Source of the DNA: Planctomycetota bacterium
GTDB taxonomy: Bacteria; Planctomycetota; Brocadiia; JAADGH01
Assembly (NCBI GenBank): GCA_040755855.1
Contig: JBFMAD010000003.1
Location: forward strand, 241,695 to 305,694
Direction of reading: 5' to 3'
DNA: 64,000 nucleotides
Shown: in pieces, positions 1-10,586 of the stretch
Layout of the letters: every line of letters starts with the position of its first letter
How positions within the stretch are numbered: the first letter of the stretch is position 1
Program-made: the position numbers and the translations under genes
The notes under the pieces: model-generated
Told to the model about the DNA's origin: nothing
The model's database searches: none
Seen by the model: only the letters and a program-made list of their open reading frames with translations

Positions 1-1
1 G

Positions 2-601
2 GTCGGCGAGCCGGTGGCCGAGCTGCGCCGCTTTCTCCGCGAACAGATGCCGAACCGAACCGTCGAGATCGCCCTGACCGAGTGGAATACGTGGCAAAAG
101 TCGGAGCTTCAGGGCATGGCCCACGCCCTGCTCATGGCGGAGATGATGGCGCGCTACATCGAGGGCGGCGTGGACCTGGCCAACTTCTGGCCCTTCCGCA
201 ACACGGGCAAGGGGTCCGGCTTCCGCGCCATGCTCGACCGCGAGACGAACGAGCCGCTCCCGCCGTATCATGTGATGAAACTCTTTTCGTCGAACATCGG
301 CAAGCGGCCGGTGAAGAGCGCGGCGTCCAACATTCAGGTCGTTCCGTTCGCCTCGACGAGCGCCGACGGAAAGACGATGGCGCTGTTCCTCGTGAACAAA
401 GCGACCTGGCCGGAGGGTATGGACGTCGAGATCAAGGCCGCGGGGGGAAATTTCGCAAATGCGAAAGGCCAGATCCTGACCACGCCGGACCTCATGTCTA
501 TGGATGTAAGCCTGAGCGACATGGAGGTCAAGAAGGACGGAGACCGATGGACATGTCACCTGCCGCCGCACTCGATCGGGTTGGTCAAACTCTGCCGGTG
601 A
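2..601 (+). CDS. 5'-truncated glycoside hydrolase C-terminal part (alpha-L-arabinofuranosidase/GH51-like or related clan-A)
   Basis: Frame is open from the window edge. Contains IALTEWN (nucleophile-like), a C-terminal beta-sandwich pattern (ALFLVNK) and ends LPPHSI. Confidence 0.6.
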   Translation, partial: VGEPVAELRRFLREQMPNRTVEIALTEWNTWQKSELQGMAHALLMAEMMARYIEGGVDLANFWPFRNTGKGSGFRAMLDRETNEPLPPYHVMKLFSSNIGKRPVKSAASNIQVVPFASTSADGKTMALFLVNKATWPEGMDVEIKAAGGNFANAKGQILTTPDLMSMDVSLSDMEVKKDGDRWTCHLPPHSIGLVKLCR

Positions 602-622
602 CTAATAGAGAAGGAGAACACA

Positions 623-2161
623 ATGCAAAACCGCCGACAATTCCTATCGGCTGCCCTCGCTGGAGCCGGTTTGGCCGCGCTCACGCGAACCGCCCGCGCC
701 CAGGACGCGGCGGCCGGATCGAAGCCGAACGTGCTTTTCATCGCCATCGACGACCTGAACGACTGGACGGGCTGCCTCGGCGGCCACCCGGACACCAAGA
801 CGCCCCACATCGACCGCCTCGCCGCGCGGGGGGTGCTCTTCCAGAACGCCTTCTGCGCGGCCCCGGTGTGCAATCCGTCGCGCACCGCCCTTATGACCGG
901 TGTTCGTCCTTCAACATCAGGCGTGTACAACAACAGCCAACCGTGGATCCCGGTGCTGCCCGATACCGTCACGCTGGAGCAGCACTTCAAAGCGAACGGA
1001 TACCAGGTGATCGGTCGGGGAAAAATCTATCATGGCGGCAAGGAGGGGCAATACCTCTCGCCCAAAGGCTGGCACGAGTACGTCCCGCGGGGGGAGAACC
1101 CCTCGCCGAAGAAGCGCCCCGCCAACGGCATCCCGAACACGGGGCACTTCGACTGGGGACCGGTGACCGCCCCCGATGAGGAGATGGATGATTACAAGGT
1201 GGCGCGGTGGACCGAGGAGCAGCTCCAGAAGAAGTACGACAAGCCCGTCTTCATCGCCTGCGGCTTCGTCAAGCCCCACCTTCCCTGGTTCGTGCCGCAA
1301 AAGTATTTCGATATGTTCGACCCGGAGAAGATTGCGCTCCCCAACGTCAAGGAGGATGATCTTGACGACGTGCCGGAGATGGGCAAGCAGATGGCGAAGC
1401 CCGACGGCGACCACAAGAGCGTCATCGAGCACAACCAGTGGCGCAAGGCGGTGCAGGGGTATCTCGCCACCATCGCCTTTGTCGATTACTGCGTCGGCAT
1501 CGTCCTCGACGCCCTGGACAAGAGTCCGTACGCCAAGAACACCATCGTCGTCCTCTGGGGCGACCACGGCTGGCACCTCGGCGAGAAACTGCACTGGCGC
1601 AAGTTCGCCCTCTGGGAGGAGGCGACGCACGCGCCGCTGCTCATGGTTGCGCCCGGCGTGACGAAGCCCGATGGCCGCTGCCCGCGGACGGTGAGCTTCA
1701 TGGACATCTACCCGACGCTGTGCGACCTCTGCAGCCTGGCCAAGCCCGACCATCTGGAGGGCGTCGGCCTCATGCCCCTCCTCAAGGATCCGCAGGCGCA
1801 ATGGGACCGGCCCGCCCTCACCACGCACGGCAAGGACAATCACACGGTGCGCTCCGAGAAGTGGCGCTACATCCGCTACAGCGACGGCTCGGAGGAACTC
1901 TACGACGAAGTGAAGGACCCGATGGAATGGACCAACCTGGCCGCCAAGCCGGAACACGCCGACGTGAAGAAGGCGTTGGCCGCCTGGCTGCCCAAGACGA
2001 ACGCAGAGAACGCGCCGACCGCAAAGAAGGGAAAGAAAGGCAAGGGCAAGGACAGGAAAGCGGAGAAGAACGACGATGCCGCCCTCGTCCCGCGCCCGGT
2101 CCACCCATTCCAGGTCAGGGGCGTCGGCCCCCCCGAACCGATCCGGTCGTGGTTGGCGTAG
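623..2161 (+). CDS. Tat-exported Cys-type sulfatase (iduronate-2-/choline-sulfatase-like)
   Basis: Tat signal NRRQFL; PNVLFIAIDDL; CNPSRTALMTG signature; GKIYH; WGDHGWHLGEK; RBS AAGGAG. Confidence 0.92.
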   Translation: MQNRRQFLSAALAGAGLAALTRTARAQDAAAGSKPNVLFIAIDDLNDWTGCLGGHPDTKTPHIDRLAARGVLFQNAFCAAPVCNPSRTALMTGVRPSTSGVYNNSQPWIPVLPDTVTLEQHFKANGYQVIGRGKIYHGGKEGQYLSPKGWHEYVPRGENPSPKKRPANGIPNTGHFDWGPVTAPDEEMDDYKVARWTEEQLQKKYDKPVFIACGFVKPHLPWFVPQKYFDMFDPEKIALPNVKEDDLDDVPEMGKQMAKPDGDHKSVIEHNQWRKAVQGYLATIAFVDYCVGIVLDALDKSPYAKNTIVVLWGDHGWHLGEKLHWRKFALWEEATHAPLLMVAPGVTKPDGRCPRTVSFMDIYPTLCDLCSLAKPDHLEGVGLMPLLKDPQAQWDRPALTTHGKDNHTVRSEKWRYIRYSDGSEELYDEVKDPMEWTNLAAKPEHADVKKALAAWLPKTNAENAPTAKKGKKGKGKDRKAEKNDDAALVPRPVHPFQVRGVGPPEPIRSWLA

Positions 2162-2180
2162 GCATTGGCAGAGCCCCCGC

Positions 2181-3548
2181 CTATGGTTGAGTCTCGTTGA
2201 GGAACTCCTCCACGTTTGTGTAGCCGTCGCCGTCCTTGTCTTTTGGACCGTCGGATGGATCGTTCGGATTGAGGCCGTGCGCGGTTTCCCACTCATCGGG
2301 TATGCCGTCGTGGTCGGAATCAGGCAGCGGGGCAGCGGACCTGTATTCGGGCCAGCCGCCGACCTCGCTTGTGCTGTTGATGATCCTCCCCGTGCCTTCC
2401 CGCACATCCTTGACGATTCGCGCGTCCACCGCGTCGCGCACCGGCCTCGTTGCACCCGCCGAAAGCAAGACGGCTTCGTAGGAGGCGTGCGCATCCTCAG
2501 TCGTTGCGCCGGGAAATGGGAATGGCTCCTTCACCCGAACCTTCCCCTCGCCGAGTGTCTTCATGTCCCACACCATTTTCCAGTTGTCATCCCGCCCATC
2601 GAGGTTATTGGGGCCTATGTTGCCCGCGAGAAAGACTTGCGGACAGCCTCCGGAACCTTTTCGGTCGAGATCAATCGCAAGCTCCTTCTCGGACGTGCTG
2701 TTGGTCCCACGCTTGAGGTAGTTGCCCATATAGTTGAGCCGGATGTTCCCTGCGGCCACCGAGGCGCATGTCCCGAAGTTGTAGACGACGTTGTTGCGGC
2801 AATCCAGGTCCGAAGGGCTTTGGACGGAGTCAATCTGCAGAAGCGGGTTGCGCATGTTGTTGTGCGCCATGAGACAGTGGTGGATCGTCACCCGATTCGT
2901 GCTGCGCCCGATGAGCAGGCCCATGCTGTGCGGAACCTTGCCCTTGGCGGCGTGGCTCTTGGGATGCAGACTCCAGAGCAACCCCTCGGCCACGATGCAC
3001 CATTGGATGGTGATGTCGTGAGGTGTGGCCCAGGTCGAGACATTCTCATCAATGGCCCAACTGAACGAGCAATGGTCCACCATGATATTGTGAACGTCAG
3101 AGCCCTCGATCTTCAAGGCATCGCGGTTCTCCGGGCTAACGCCCGAAGGACCGTCTCCTACGCGGGCGCGGATGAAGCGGATTACGACGTCATGCGTGCA
3201 CACGCGCAGCGTCCCACTCTTCAGGCATATCCCGTCGCCCGGGGCGCTTTGACCGGCGATGGTGAGGAACGGATTGCTGATCTTGATGTCGGTCTGCAGC
3301 TCGATGAGTCCCCCTATGCGAAAGACGACGATGCGGGGACCTTCCGCATAGCAGGCCTGCCGCAGGCTGCCGGGGCCGTCGTTGGCAAGCGTAGTCACCT
3401 CGACGACCCTCCCGCCTCGCCCGCCAAGCGCCGAGGCGCCAAAGCCCTCCGCCCCCGGGAAGGCGGGAACTTTGCTCGTCTCATCGGCGGCGGAAAATGA
3501 GAGAAAAGCGGATATAAATGAAATCAGGAGAACAATCTTGGGGTTCAT
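2181..3548 (-). CDS. Secreted pectate lyase (PL1-like) with C-terminal D-rich Ca-binding repeats
   Basis: Start MNPKIV with signal peptide; PAFPGAEGFG..GGRGG, DHCSFSWAIDE, RNP motif, DSDHDGIPDEWE/DKDGDGYTNVEE. Confidence 0.85.
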   Translation of the reverse strand: MNPKIVLLISFISAFLSFSAADETSKVPAFPGAEGFGASALGGRGGRVVEVTTLANDGPGSLRQACYAEGPRIVVFRIGGLIELQTDIKISNPFLTIAGQSAPGDGICLKSGTLRVCTHDVVIRFIRARVGDGPSGVSPENRDALKIEGSDVHNIMVDHCSFSWAIDENVSTWATPHDITIQWCIVAEGLLWSLHPKSHAAKGKVPHSMGLLIGRSTNRVTIHHCLMAHNNMRNPLLQIDSVQSPSDLDCRNNVVYNFGTCASVAAGNIRLNYMGNYLKRGTNSTSEKELAIDLDRKGSGGCPQVFLAGNIGPNNLDGRDDNWKMVWDMKTLGEGKVRVKEPFPFPGATTEDAHASYEAVLLSAGATRPVRDAVDARIVKDVREGTGRIINSTSEVGGWPEYRSAAPLPDSDHDGIPDEWETAHGLNPNDPSDGPKDKDGDGYTNVEEFLNETQP

Positions 3549-3555
3549 GAATCTC

Positions 3556-5688
3556 TCATCTTTGCACTGGTTCCGTCGGTTTTGGATTTTGGAGCTTTGG
3601 TTTTGGATTCGGGGCGAGCTTCGGGTGATATCGGTATGCGGGAAGGGCCTTGCCCTCGTCGGCCATAACACAGGCATATCCGGTCACGGGCACATACAGG
3701 ATGCGCCAGGCATGGTCGGCGAGGATCAGGTCGTCCCTCTGCGCGAGGCATGACTCCAGGGCCTCCTTGCCGCGCGGTCCGAGGGCGAGTAGCGCATTTC
3801 CGATGGGCCGGAACGTCCAGTCGTCATCCTTCGTGCAGGATCGAAACGCCCCGGTCAATGCACCGACGACGTCATGATCCGTTTGGCCCAGCCATTGCGG
3901 ACTGTTTCGGCAGAGCGATCCGAGCGACACGGCGCAGGCCGACCGCACTGTCGGGTGCGGGTCCGACACCCCCTTGATTAGCGCCGCGATAACCTGCGCG
4001 TCGCCGGGGAAGCGCACCAGGGCGCGGGCGGCGTAGAAGCGAACCTCCGCATCGGGGTCGGCTATTGCGTCCAGCAGAACCGCGCGGGCCTCCGGCCGCC
4101 GGAGGCCGCGGCCGAGGGCGTTGGCTGTGACGCGGCGAACCTCGACATGCTCATCCTTCAGTCCCTTCAAGAGATCCACCGTTCGCTCCTGCGGCATGTT
4201 CGCCAGCGCGGATGTCGCGGCGTTCGCAAACTGGAAATTGCCGTGTTTGCGGATTGCGCCATACACCTTGAGAACAGACTCCGGCCCGTTGATCGTCGCC
4301 AGCGCCTCCGCCGCCTTGCAGCGCACGCCATGCTCCGCATCGTCCAACGCCGCCTCGATGTCCGGCAAGGCGGCGATCTCCTTCCGGTCAACCACGGCCC
4401 GAATCGCCTGGCGGCGGACCAGCAGGTTCGGATCATGCAGGGCGGCAATCAGATCCTTCGCCGGAACCTCCATCTTCCCGGCGGCGGCCTGCTGCAACGC
4501 CCGCATCCTGGCAAGGGGATCGTTGCCCTTCAGCGCTTCGCCGGTCTGGTCCTCCTTGCATCCCCGCTCGATCTCGGCATAGGCCCCGCTCATGACGTTG
4601 CGCACGCCCGCTTTGGCGAAGTGCTGGTGCTGCGGGAGGAAGGCCGGTCCGCGGACCGTGGAGACTGCGCACGGGGTTCCCTTCGTCACGGCAAGGGCGT
4701 CGTTGATTGCGGCCTCGGTCACGCCCCCGCAATAGACCATGATCTCGTCCACGATCCCTTCGCGCACCCATCGCTCCCAATCGAGATAGATGCGCCCCGT
4801 GACGAGAAAGTCCCGCGGCTTCACGCAGAGCCACGGCGCGGGGTAGTGGGTGTCCTGCGGGTCAATGGCCACGCCCAGCCTTTTGCCCGACTGCCGCAGG
4901 CGGTCCTTCAACTCGCGGAGGAACTGCGTCACATACTCCCCGCGCAGGCGATACCACGCATGCCGGTCGAAGACCTCCGTGCGGATGTCCTGCCCATACC
5001 GCCGCTTGAACTCCTCGACGATGACGTCGTTGAACCCATACTCGTCCTGGAACCAGATGTTCAGGTGCTCGACGTAGGTGTAGAGCATGAGGCCGTCGTA
5101 GTTGCCCTTCTCCACGAGCGCGGCGAACCCATCAACGAGCGTCCTGCGCACCTCGGGGTATGCGAACTCCATCGGTCCCGACTGTCGCCGGATGCCGTAG
5201 CGATCCACCGGGACGTACTCGGGATGCTTCACCCGCAGGTTGTGCTCGATGGGCGATGGCCCGATCCCCTTGGCGGCGTCGGACGCGGCCTGCGCCCCGT
5301 GGTCGAACAGGGCGGTGTAGCCCCAGATCGTCATGCCGCGGTCGTGGGCGGCCTGGACGGCCATGCGCGACGTGCCGATCTCCTTGGCGAGGCGCTTCTC
5401 CCACATCCAGAACCCATAGTATAGAAAGTTCTCCGGACGGACGAGGTAGTTGTCCGCGATGTACTCGCTCTGGAATCCCCGCCAGTAGATGCGATCCACG
5501 CCGTGCGCCTTTTGCAGGCAGTCGAACACCGCCTCGATGGCGGCCTTCGTTTGGACAGGCGGGCTGTCCCACAGCCAGTCGTTGTCGCCCGTGCTGATGT
5601 AGCATCCGGCCGGGGAAGATTCCTGTGCGCCGGCAGGAGAAAATATATAGAGGCACAAAAGGAAGATGGTCAGAGAGATTTGTTTCAT
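3556..5688 (-). CDS. Secreted GHL10/DUF187-like TIM-barrel protein fused to HEAT repeats
   Basis: Signal peptide; AH.RGM.I.G, HPEY, PEVR, YDG, DWERW...G.VD pattern; C-terminal L.D....VR..AA.AL HEAT repeats. Confidence 0.65.
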   Translation of the reverse strand: MKQISLTIFLLCLYIFSPAGAQESSPAGCYISTGDNDWLWDSPPVQTKAAIEAVFDCLQKAHGVDRIYWRGFQSEYIADNYLVRPENFLYYGFWMWEKRLAKEIGTSRMAVQAAHDRGMTIWGYTALFDHGAQAASDAAKGIGPSPIEHNLRVKHPEYVPVDRYGIRRQSGPMEFAYPEVRRTLVDGFAALVEKGNYDGLMLYTYVEHLNIWFQDEYGFNDVIVEEFKRRYGQDIRTEVFDRHAWYRLRGEYVTQFLRELKDRLRQSGKRLGVAIDPQDTHYPAPWLCVKPRDFLVTGRIYLDWERWVREGIVDEIMVYCGGVTEAAINDALAVTKGTPCAVSTVRGPAFLPQHQHFAKAGVRNVMSGAYAEIERGCKEDQTGEALKGNDPLARMRALQQAAAGKMEVPAKDLIAALHDPNLLVRRQAIRAVVDRKEIAALPDIEAALDDAEHGVRCKAAEALATINGPESVLKVYGAIRKHGNFQFANAATSALANMPQERTVDLLKGLKDEHVEVRRVTANALGRGLRRPEARAVLLDAIADPDAEVRFYAARALVRFPGDAQVIAALIKGVSDPHPTVRSACAVSLGSLCRNSPQWLGQTDHDVVGALTGAFRSCTKDDDWTFRPIGNALLALGPRGKEALESCLAQRDDLILADHAWRILYVPVTGYACVMADEGKALPAYRYHPKLAPNPKPKLQNPKPTEPVQR

Positions 5689-7643
5689 GGGATCAATCCG
5701 TTTAAGAGGTAGACTGCGCTCACCTTCGTCTTTCCTTTGACGGGGATGTCCCCGATGGGGGTCACATTCACGTGTTGTTTCACAAGTTCATATGTGCTCT
5801 GGCTGATGAGGATTGGTATGGGGCAGTCGTCGGAGCGGTACTGTTTGGTCAGCGACTCCAACCGCGCGGCGTAGTTGATCGTGTCGCCGATGACGGCATA
5901 GTCCATGTGCTCGGCGGCGCCGATGTTGCCTATCTTTGTCTCTCCGGTGTTGAGGCCGATGCCGATGGCAAAGGTCTTGAGGCCGCGCTTTTGGCGGGAT
6001 TCCATGAGCGCGCCCAGCGCCTCGCGCATCTCGAGAGCGGCCTTGACGGCGTTGAGGGGGTCGGTCGGTCGTTCGAGCGGCGCGCCCCATGTGGCGAGAA
6101 TCTCGTCGCCCACAAACTGGTTGATGCCGCCGTTGTGTTTGAGGACGATTTTCACCATCGCATCGAAATACTCGTTCAGCATCTCCACGGTTTCGCGCGC
6201 GCCGAGTTCCTCGGTGATTGTCGTGAAATCCCGGATGTCGGATAGCAGCACGGTGACCTGCTTGGTTTGTCCCTCGAACATCCCATCCTCCGACGTTTGC
6301 AGGATCTCTTCTACGATGTCGGTCGAGAGGTAGCGCGTGAGCATGCCTCTCATGCGGGCCTTTTCGCGCTCTTCGGCAAAGAACCGATAGGTTACGGCGG
6401 CTGTGTAGAGGGAGACCATATTCACGACCGGCGCGACGACCGCAATCCACACATTCGCAAAAGAGAATAATATCCAGGCGACCAATAGGTAACCAATTAC
6501 CAAGCCTGCCGCCATGATCGCACCCAGGAAGAGGGATCGGTGCGCGCAGAGGATGGTAAAGACCAGGGACAAAAGCGCCAGGATACAGAGCGTGACCCAC
6601 AGCCCTGGCCGACGCATGAAATCACAGTTCAGAATGTTGTTCACGACGTTTATATGCGCCGCCACGCCGTAGAGTTTGCCCAGCGGCGTGATGTGCACAT
6701 CGTCCGTCCTGCGAACGTCGGCAATGAAAACAACCTTGTCCTGGAGCTTCTTCTTCAGGTCGGTTTCCGGCTTTTCGCCTGCCTGCCGGTGCATTTCGCT
6801 CCGCAGCGCCAGGATGAAGGACGTATGGCGGGCCGCAAGTTCTCGTTCGCCCGCGCGAAAATTCACGATCATCCGACCGGTTCGGTCAATAGGGATGCGA
6901 ATCGTCTTGCCATCGGGGGAATTGAGCGTGATATGCCGACCGGGTTTCACCTTGATATCTCGAACGTTTACGCCGAGATAGCGACATGCCGCGGCGAGAG
7001 ATAGGGCGGGATAGATATGGTCGCGGTAGCGGATCACCATCGGGATGCGCAGCAGTGTGCCGTCGCTCTCCGGCGGCGCGTTGACGAAGCCGACCTGCCC
7101 CTCGCGTTGCAGCGGTTCAATGGGCCAGCGCGGGGTGACGCCTTCGATCAGATGACGATCCCCTTCCTCCACTGGACGGATCGCCAGTGGGCGGATCGGT
7201 TCCCTGGCATCGGCTTCTGAATCGGGGGCGGGCTGACCGAGGTCGAAATAGAAGGAAGCGATGGCGCCGGGCCAATGCTCGAAGGCCGCTCCGAGCGCGC
7301 TGTCCCCATCGGGGGACTTTGGGCGGGAAAACACCAGGTCCAAGGCCATCGCCTTCGCCCCATGATAGGCCAGGGCCTGGACCATCACGGCGTAGAACTC
7401 CCGCGGCCACGGCAGTTCCATCTCGGACATCTCGACGTCCGCGTCCGAAATGCCCACTAACTCAATGTCCGGATGGATTCCTCTCTCTCCGCGCAGTCGG
7501 AAGCGGTAGTAACCCGACTTCAGTTCCAGTTCCTCGAAGACGTTGAGCGCTAACAGGAGTGTGCATGCCGCGAAGATGAACAGCCCGATGCCGATGCTGC
7601 TTAGCCAGCGCTGCCGTGTGGAGTGTTGCGGTGATCCTTGCAT
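5685..7643 (-). CDS. CHASE2-domain class III adenylate/guanylate cyclase
   Basis: PWPR, DLVF, GFVN..DG..R CHASE2 motifs; three TM segments; VTVLLSDIRDFT, FVGDEI, GIGLNTG, YAVIGDTINYAARLES. Confidence 0.92.
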   Translation of the reverse strand: MQGSPQHSTRQRWLSSIGIGLFIFAACTLLLALNVFEELELKSGYYRFRLRGERGIHPDIELVGISDADVEMSEMELPWPREFYAVMVQALAYHGAKAMALDLVFSRPKSPDGDSALGAAFEHWPGAIASFYFDLGQPAPDSEADAREPIRPLAIRPVEEGDRHLIEGVTPRWPIEPLQREGQVGFVNAPPESDGTLLRIPMVIRYRDHIYPALSLAAACRYLGVNVRDIKVKPGRHITLNSPDGKTIRIPIDRTGRMIVNFRAGERELAARHTSFILALRSEMHRQAGEKPETDLKKKLQDKVVFIADVRRTDDVHITPLGKLYGVAAHINVVNNILNCDFMRRPGLWVTLCILALLSLVFTILCAHRSLFLGAIMAAGLVIGYLLVAWILFSFANVWIAVVAPVVNMVSLYTAAVTYRFFAEEREKARMRGMLTRYLSTDIVEEILQTSEDGMFEGQTKQVTVLLSDIRDFTTITEELGARETVEMLNEYFDAMVKIVLKHNGGINQFVGDEILATWGAPLERPTDPLNAVKAALEMREALGALMESRQKRGLKTFAIGIGLNTGETKIGNIGAAEHMDYAVIGDTINYAARLESLTKQYRSDDCPIPILISQSTYELVKQHVNVTPIGDIPVKGKTKVSAVYLLNGLIP

Positions 7644-7681
7644 AATCGCTGCGCGAAGTTCTCAAGCCAATCCGTGCCGGG

Positions 7682-7710
7682 ATTCTACCAAGCCGGAGAA
7701 CCGAGTGCAA
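7682..7710 (-). promoter_or_regulatory. sigma70-type promoter of the cyclase operon
   Basis: Minus strand TTGCAC-N17-TAGAAT about 40 bp upstream of the cyclase start. Confidence 0.5.
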
Positions 7711-7786
7711 TGGCAAACGAAGGAGAAAAGGCTGCGGGCGAGGCGCACTTTGGAGTGTGTCTCGCCCGCAGATGATCGCGGTGGTA

Positions 7787-10240
7787 TCAACACCCGATGC
7801 ACTTGGCAAAGGCGTTCTGGGCGTAGGCGCCGCCCCCGCCGGGCTTGCTCACCTTGAGCATGTTATTCGCGCCGGGCATCGTGTTCGAGCCGCCGATCTG
7901 GCCGACAAGCCTGCCGTTTATGTTCACGTTTCCAAAGACCCCGGCAAGCAACGAGCCGGTCAGGTCGCCGGAGATACAGATACTCGCACGTTCCGCCGAT
8001 CCCGTCACATCAAATGTCCCGGCAAGGCCGCCTGTCACCAGTGCGACTTTCTGCAGGCTGCCGAGAGTGACAGAGGATCCGGCTTCAATGCCTTGAGACT
8101 CGCCACCGAGAATCTGAACGCTCCCTACGTTTCCGCCCAACGCAAGGGTGGAGTTACCCTTGACGCCTCCTATGGCGCGGAACAGGGCCGTATTGCCTGT
8201 GACATGGACGAAGGAGTTATTCCCAATGGGGCCGTTGATGAGGCACTGCCGCAGGTCGCCGTTCACGTTCAACAGGCTGCCGCTTAGGCCCCCTGACAGG
8301 AGCATCGTGGTTGCGTTGCCCTGGATGGCGAAGAGGGAATTAGTCTGGCCGTGTAAGGCGGTAATCATGGCTGCGTTGCCGCCGACGCAAACGAAGGAGT
8401 TGCTTATGCTCTTGCCGAATCGCAGGTTGGACACATTGCCGGAGACGGCCAGCCTGCCGCCGGCGAAGTCGCCGTTGAACGTGGCGTTGGTCAGGTTGCC
8501 GCCCACCTTCACCATGAGGCCGTCCGCCGCGCCTTGGATGGTGAGCATGGCGAGGTCCAGATCAATCGAGATGTCGGCCTTCACAGCGCCGCGCGGCTCG
8601 GCCAGCATAATCGCTCCGAAGGAGCCTCCCGTTGCGAAGATATGCCCCACGTTCAGGGTGTCGCCTCCCACGCCGGGGTTCATGTCGCGTATCGTGAGCA
8701 TGGAGTTCTGCGCAGAATTGGTGATCTCAATGCTCGTGATCTCGTCGTCGGCGTTCGGCACGCCGCCGCCGTTTTTCCACTGGACGTCGGCCTTGCCCAG
8801 CCCGGAGTAGATCAACTTGACCAGATCGCCGTCGGAATCGCTGAACATGAAGGCTGAATTATCCTTGCTCAACTTGATGGAGGGAAGATACTTGCGGATG
8901 TAGATTTCGCCCATCCCTTGGGGGTTGTTCCACCACGTAACAACCGGCCGTTCGTCATGTCCGACTGCAATTGAGGGCATCCAGGAGCAGGGCTGGTCGT
9001 TGCTGATCCCGCCGCCGACGGCGCTTCCCTTGCCCCACTCAACCCATGCCGAGCCGTTCCAGCCGCGAACAAGGATTTCGGAGTCGTTCCCGTCCCAGCC
9101 CTCCCACGCGAGAAAGACATTGCCCCCAGGGCTTGTTGCGAGGGAGGGGTGTGTGCCGCCGCAACGGCCGCTCACGCCATAATACTTGGCGCTGTCCTTC
9201 CCCATGTCGGTCCATCCCCAGCCATCCCACCGCGTCAGATAGATCTTGGCGTTTTCCGTCCAGGCAATAATCGGGTTTCCGTCCGCTCCGGTTGTGATCG
9301 TCGGCTCTGCGGACCACGCCTTCGAGCAGCTTAACCCGCCGCCCGATGCGCTGTGCACGCCCATCTCCGCCCAGGCGTTCCCGTCCCATTTGCGGACATA
9401 GATATCGGGCAGATTGTTTGCGTTCGGTTGAACTTTCTCCCACGTGACGACGGGGTTTCCATCGCCGGCTACCGTAATTGCAGGATGCCTCGATGGGTCA
9501 ACCGTGTTGCTGATTCCGCTTTCTCTGCAGCTATTCGCCCCCACCTCCACCCATGCCTCGCCGTCCCATCGTCGGACATAGATCTGATTGATCAAACCGT
9601 TGCCCGTGTTATATTGATCCTGCCAGGCCACGATGGGGTTGTCATCGTGATCAAGGGCGATGGAAGGATAGAGCGATTGCCACTCATTCTTGCTGATTCC
9701 TCCTCCGGATGCGCTCTCCACGCCCATCTCCACCCATTCGGCGCCGTCCCAGCGGCGAACGTAGATTTCTTCGGTTGAGGACGGATCGCCCTTCTCCCAC
9801 AGGCTGCCATCGTGCCACGCGACAATCGGGTTGCCGTCGCGCCCGATTGCGATGCACGGACTCGCCGCGTCGGTCTTGCTGTTGTTGCTGATGCCATCGC
9901 CGGAGGCGCTGCCGCTTCCCATCTCGACCCACGAAGCGCCGTCCCAGCGGCGGACGTAAATCTGATAACAGAAAGTGCCTATGTCATATTCCTGCCAGGC
10001 GACGACGGGCTTCCCGTCCGGCCCTATTGCCATTGCGGGTTCCACGGACTTTGTCGGTGTATCGCTGATCCCGCCGCCCGTGGCGCTTCCTTTGCCCATC
10101 TCTGTCCAGCAGTCTCCCGCGTTGAGATCAATCCAGTCCGGCCCGCCCATCCACGGAGGAAGGACGCCACTAAAAGGGGCGGGGACGGTTCGGCTTTCAA
10201 GCTCCTCGACCCGCAGATTGGTCTCAATTCTTGTTCCCAT
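7787..10240 (-). CDS. LEPR-XLL-like extracellular protein with seven propeller-type repeats and a C-terminal beta-solenoid region
   Basis: N-terminal LRVEELESRTVPA; seven W.E(M/V/W)G..SA.GGGIS repeats about 58 aa apart; FSDSDGDLV motif; Gly/Val/Ile periodic C-terminus. Confidence 0.7.
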   Translation of the reverse strand: MGTRIETNLRVEELESRTVPAPFSGVLPPWMGGPDWIDLNAGDCWTEMGKGSATGGGISDTPTKSVEPAMAIGPDGKPVVAWQEYDIGTFCYQIYVRRWDGASWVEMGSGSASGDGISNNSKTDAASPCIAIGRDGNPIVAWHDGSLWEKGDPSSTEEIYVRRWDGAEWVEMGVESASGGGISKNEWQSLYPSIALDHDDNPIVAWQDQYNTGNGLINQIYVRRWDGEAWVEVGANSCRESGISNTVDPSRHPAITVAGDGNPVVTWEKVQPNANNLPDIYVRKWDGNAWAEMGVHSASGGGLSCSKAWSAEPTITTGADGNPIIAWTENAKIYLTRWDGWGWTDMGKDSAKYYGVSGRCGGTHPSLATSPGGNVFLAWEGWDGNDSEILVRGWNGSAWVEWGKGSAVGGGISNDQPCSWMPSIAVGHDERPVVTWWNNPQGMGEIYIRKYLPSIKLSKDNSAFMFSDSDGDLVKLIYSGLGKADVQWKNGGGVPNADDEITSIEITNSAQNSMLTIRDMNPGVGGDTLNVGHIFATGGSFGAIMLAEPRGAVKADISIDLDLAMLTIQGAADGLMVKVGGNLTNATFNGDFAGGRLAVSGNVSNLRFGKSISNSFVCVGGNAAMITALHGQTNSLFAIQGNATTMLLSGGLSGSLLNVNGDLRQCLINGPIGNNSFVHVTGNTALFRAIGGVKGNSTLALGGNVGSVQILGGESQGIEAGSSVTLGSLQKVALVTGGLAGTFDVTGSAERASICISGDLTGSLLAGVFGNVNINGRLVGQIGGSNTMPGANNMLKVSKPGGGGAYAQNAFAKCIGC

Positions 10241-10310
10241 TTTCGCGCTCCTGTTTCCTGTTCCCTGGTGTCAATCTTCTTTGCTTTGCATCACGTCTGG
10301 GCAGGAAGAA

Positions 10311-10326
10311 AGCAAGAGTCGTGCCA
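10311..10326 (-). promoter_or_regulatory. sigma54 (-24/-12) promoter
   Basis: Minus strand TGGCAC-GACTC-TTGCT, a consensus match about 70 bp upstream of the 10240 start. Confidence 0.8.
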
Positions 10327-10524
10327 GAATTAGCAAAAAGTGCTATTATGGCCGAATTGGGCTAATGAAGGCAAAATACGGGCAAGTTTAGGAAACGGAG
10401 ACATGCGCCAGGGCAGGAAAATAGCAAAATAGTTTGACACCTTTTTGGGCATTGTGCAACTATAATAATATTTTGCACTTGCCACCAGGTGCGCCATCCC
10501 TCACACGGCGAATCCCAGGCGCGA

Positions 10525-10549
10525 GGGGCGGGCACACAGGCCCGCCCCC
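10525..10549. repeat. REP-like hairpin
   Basis: GGGGCGGGC-ACACAG-GCCCGCCCC immediately downstream of the 10587 stop. Confidence 0.6.
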
Positions 10550-10586
10550 ACAATCGCTTGCTCGAATTGGATTTGAGCAACAGACC

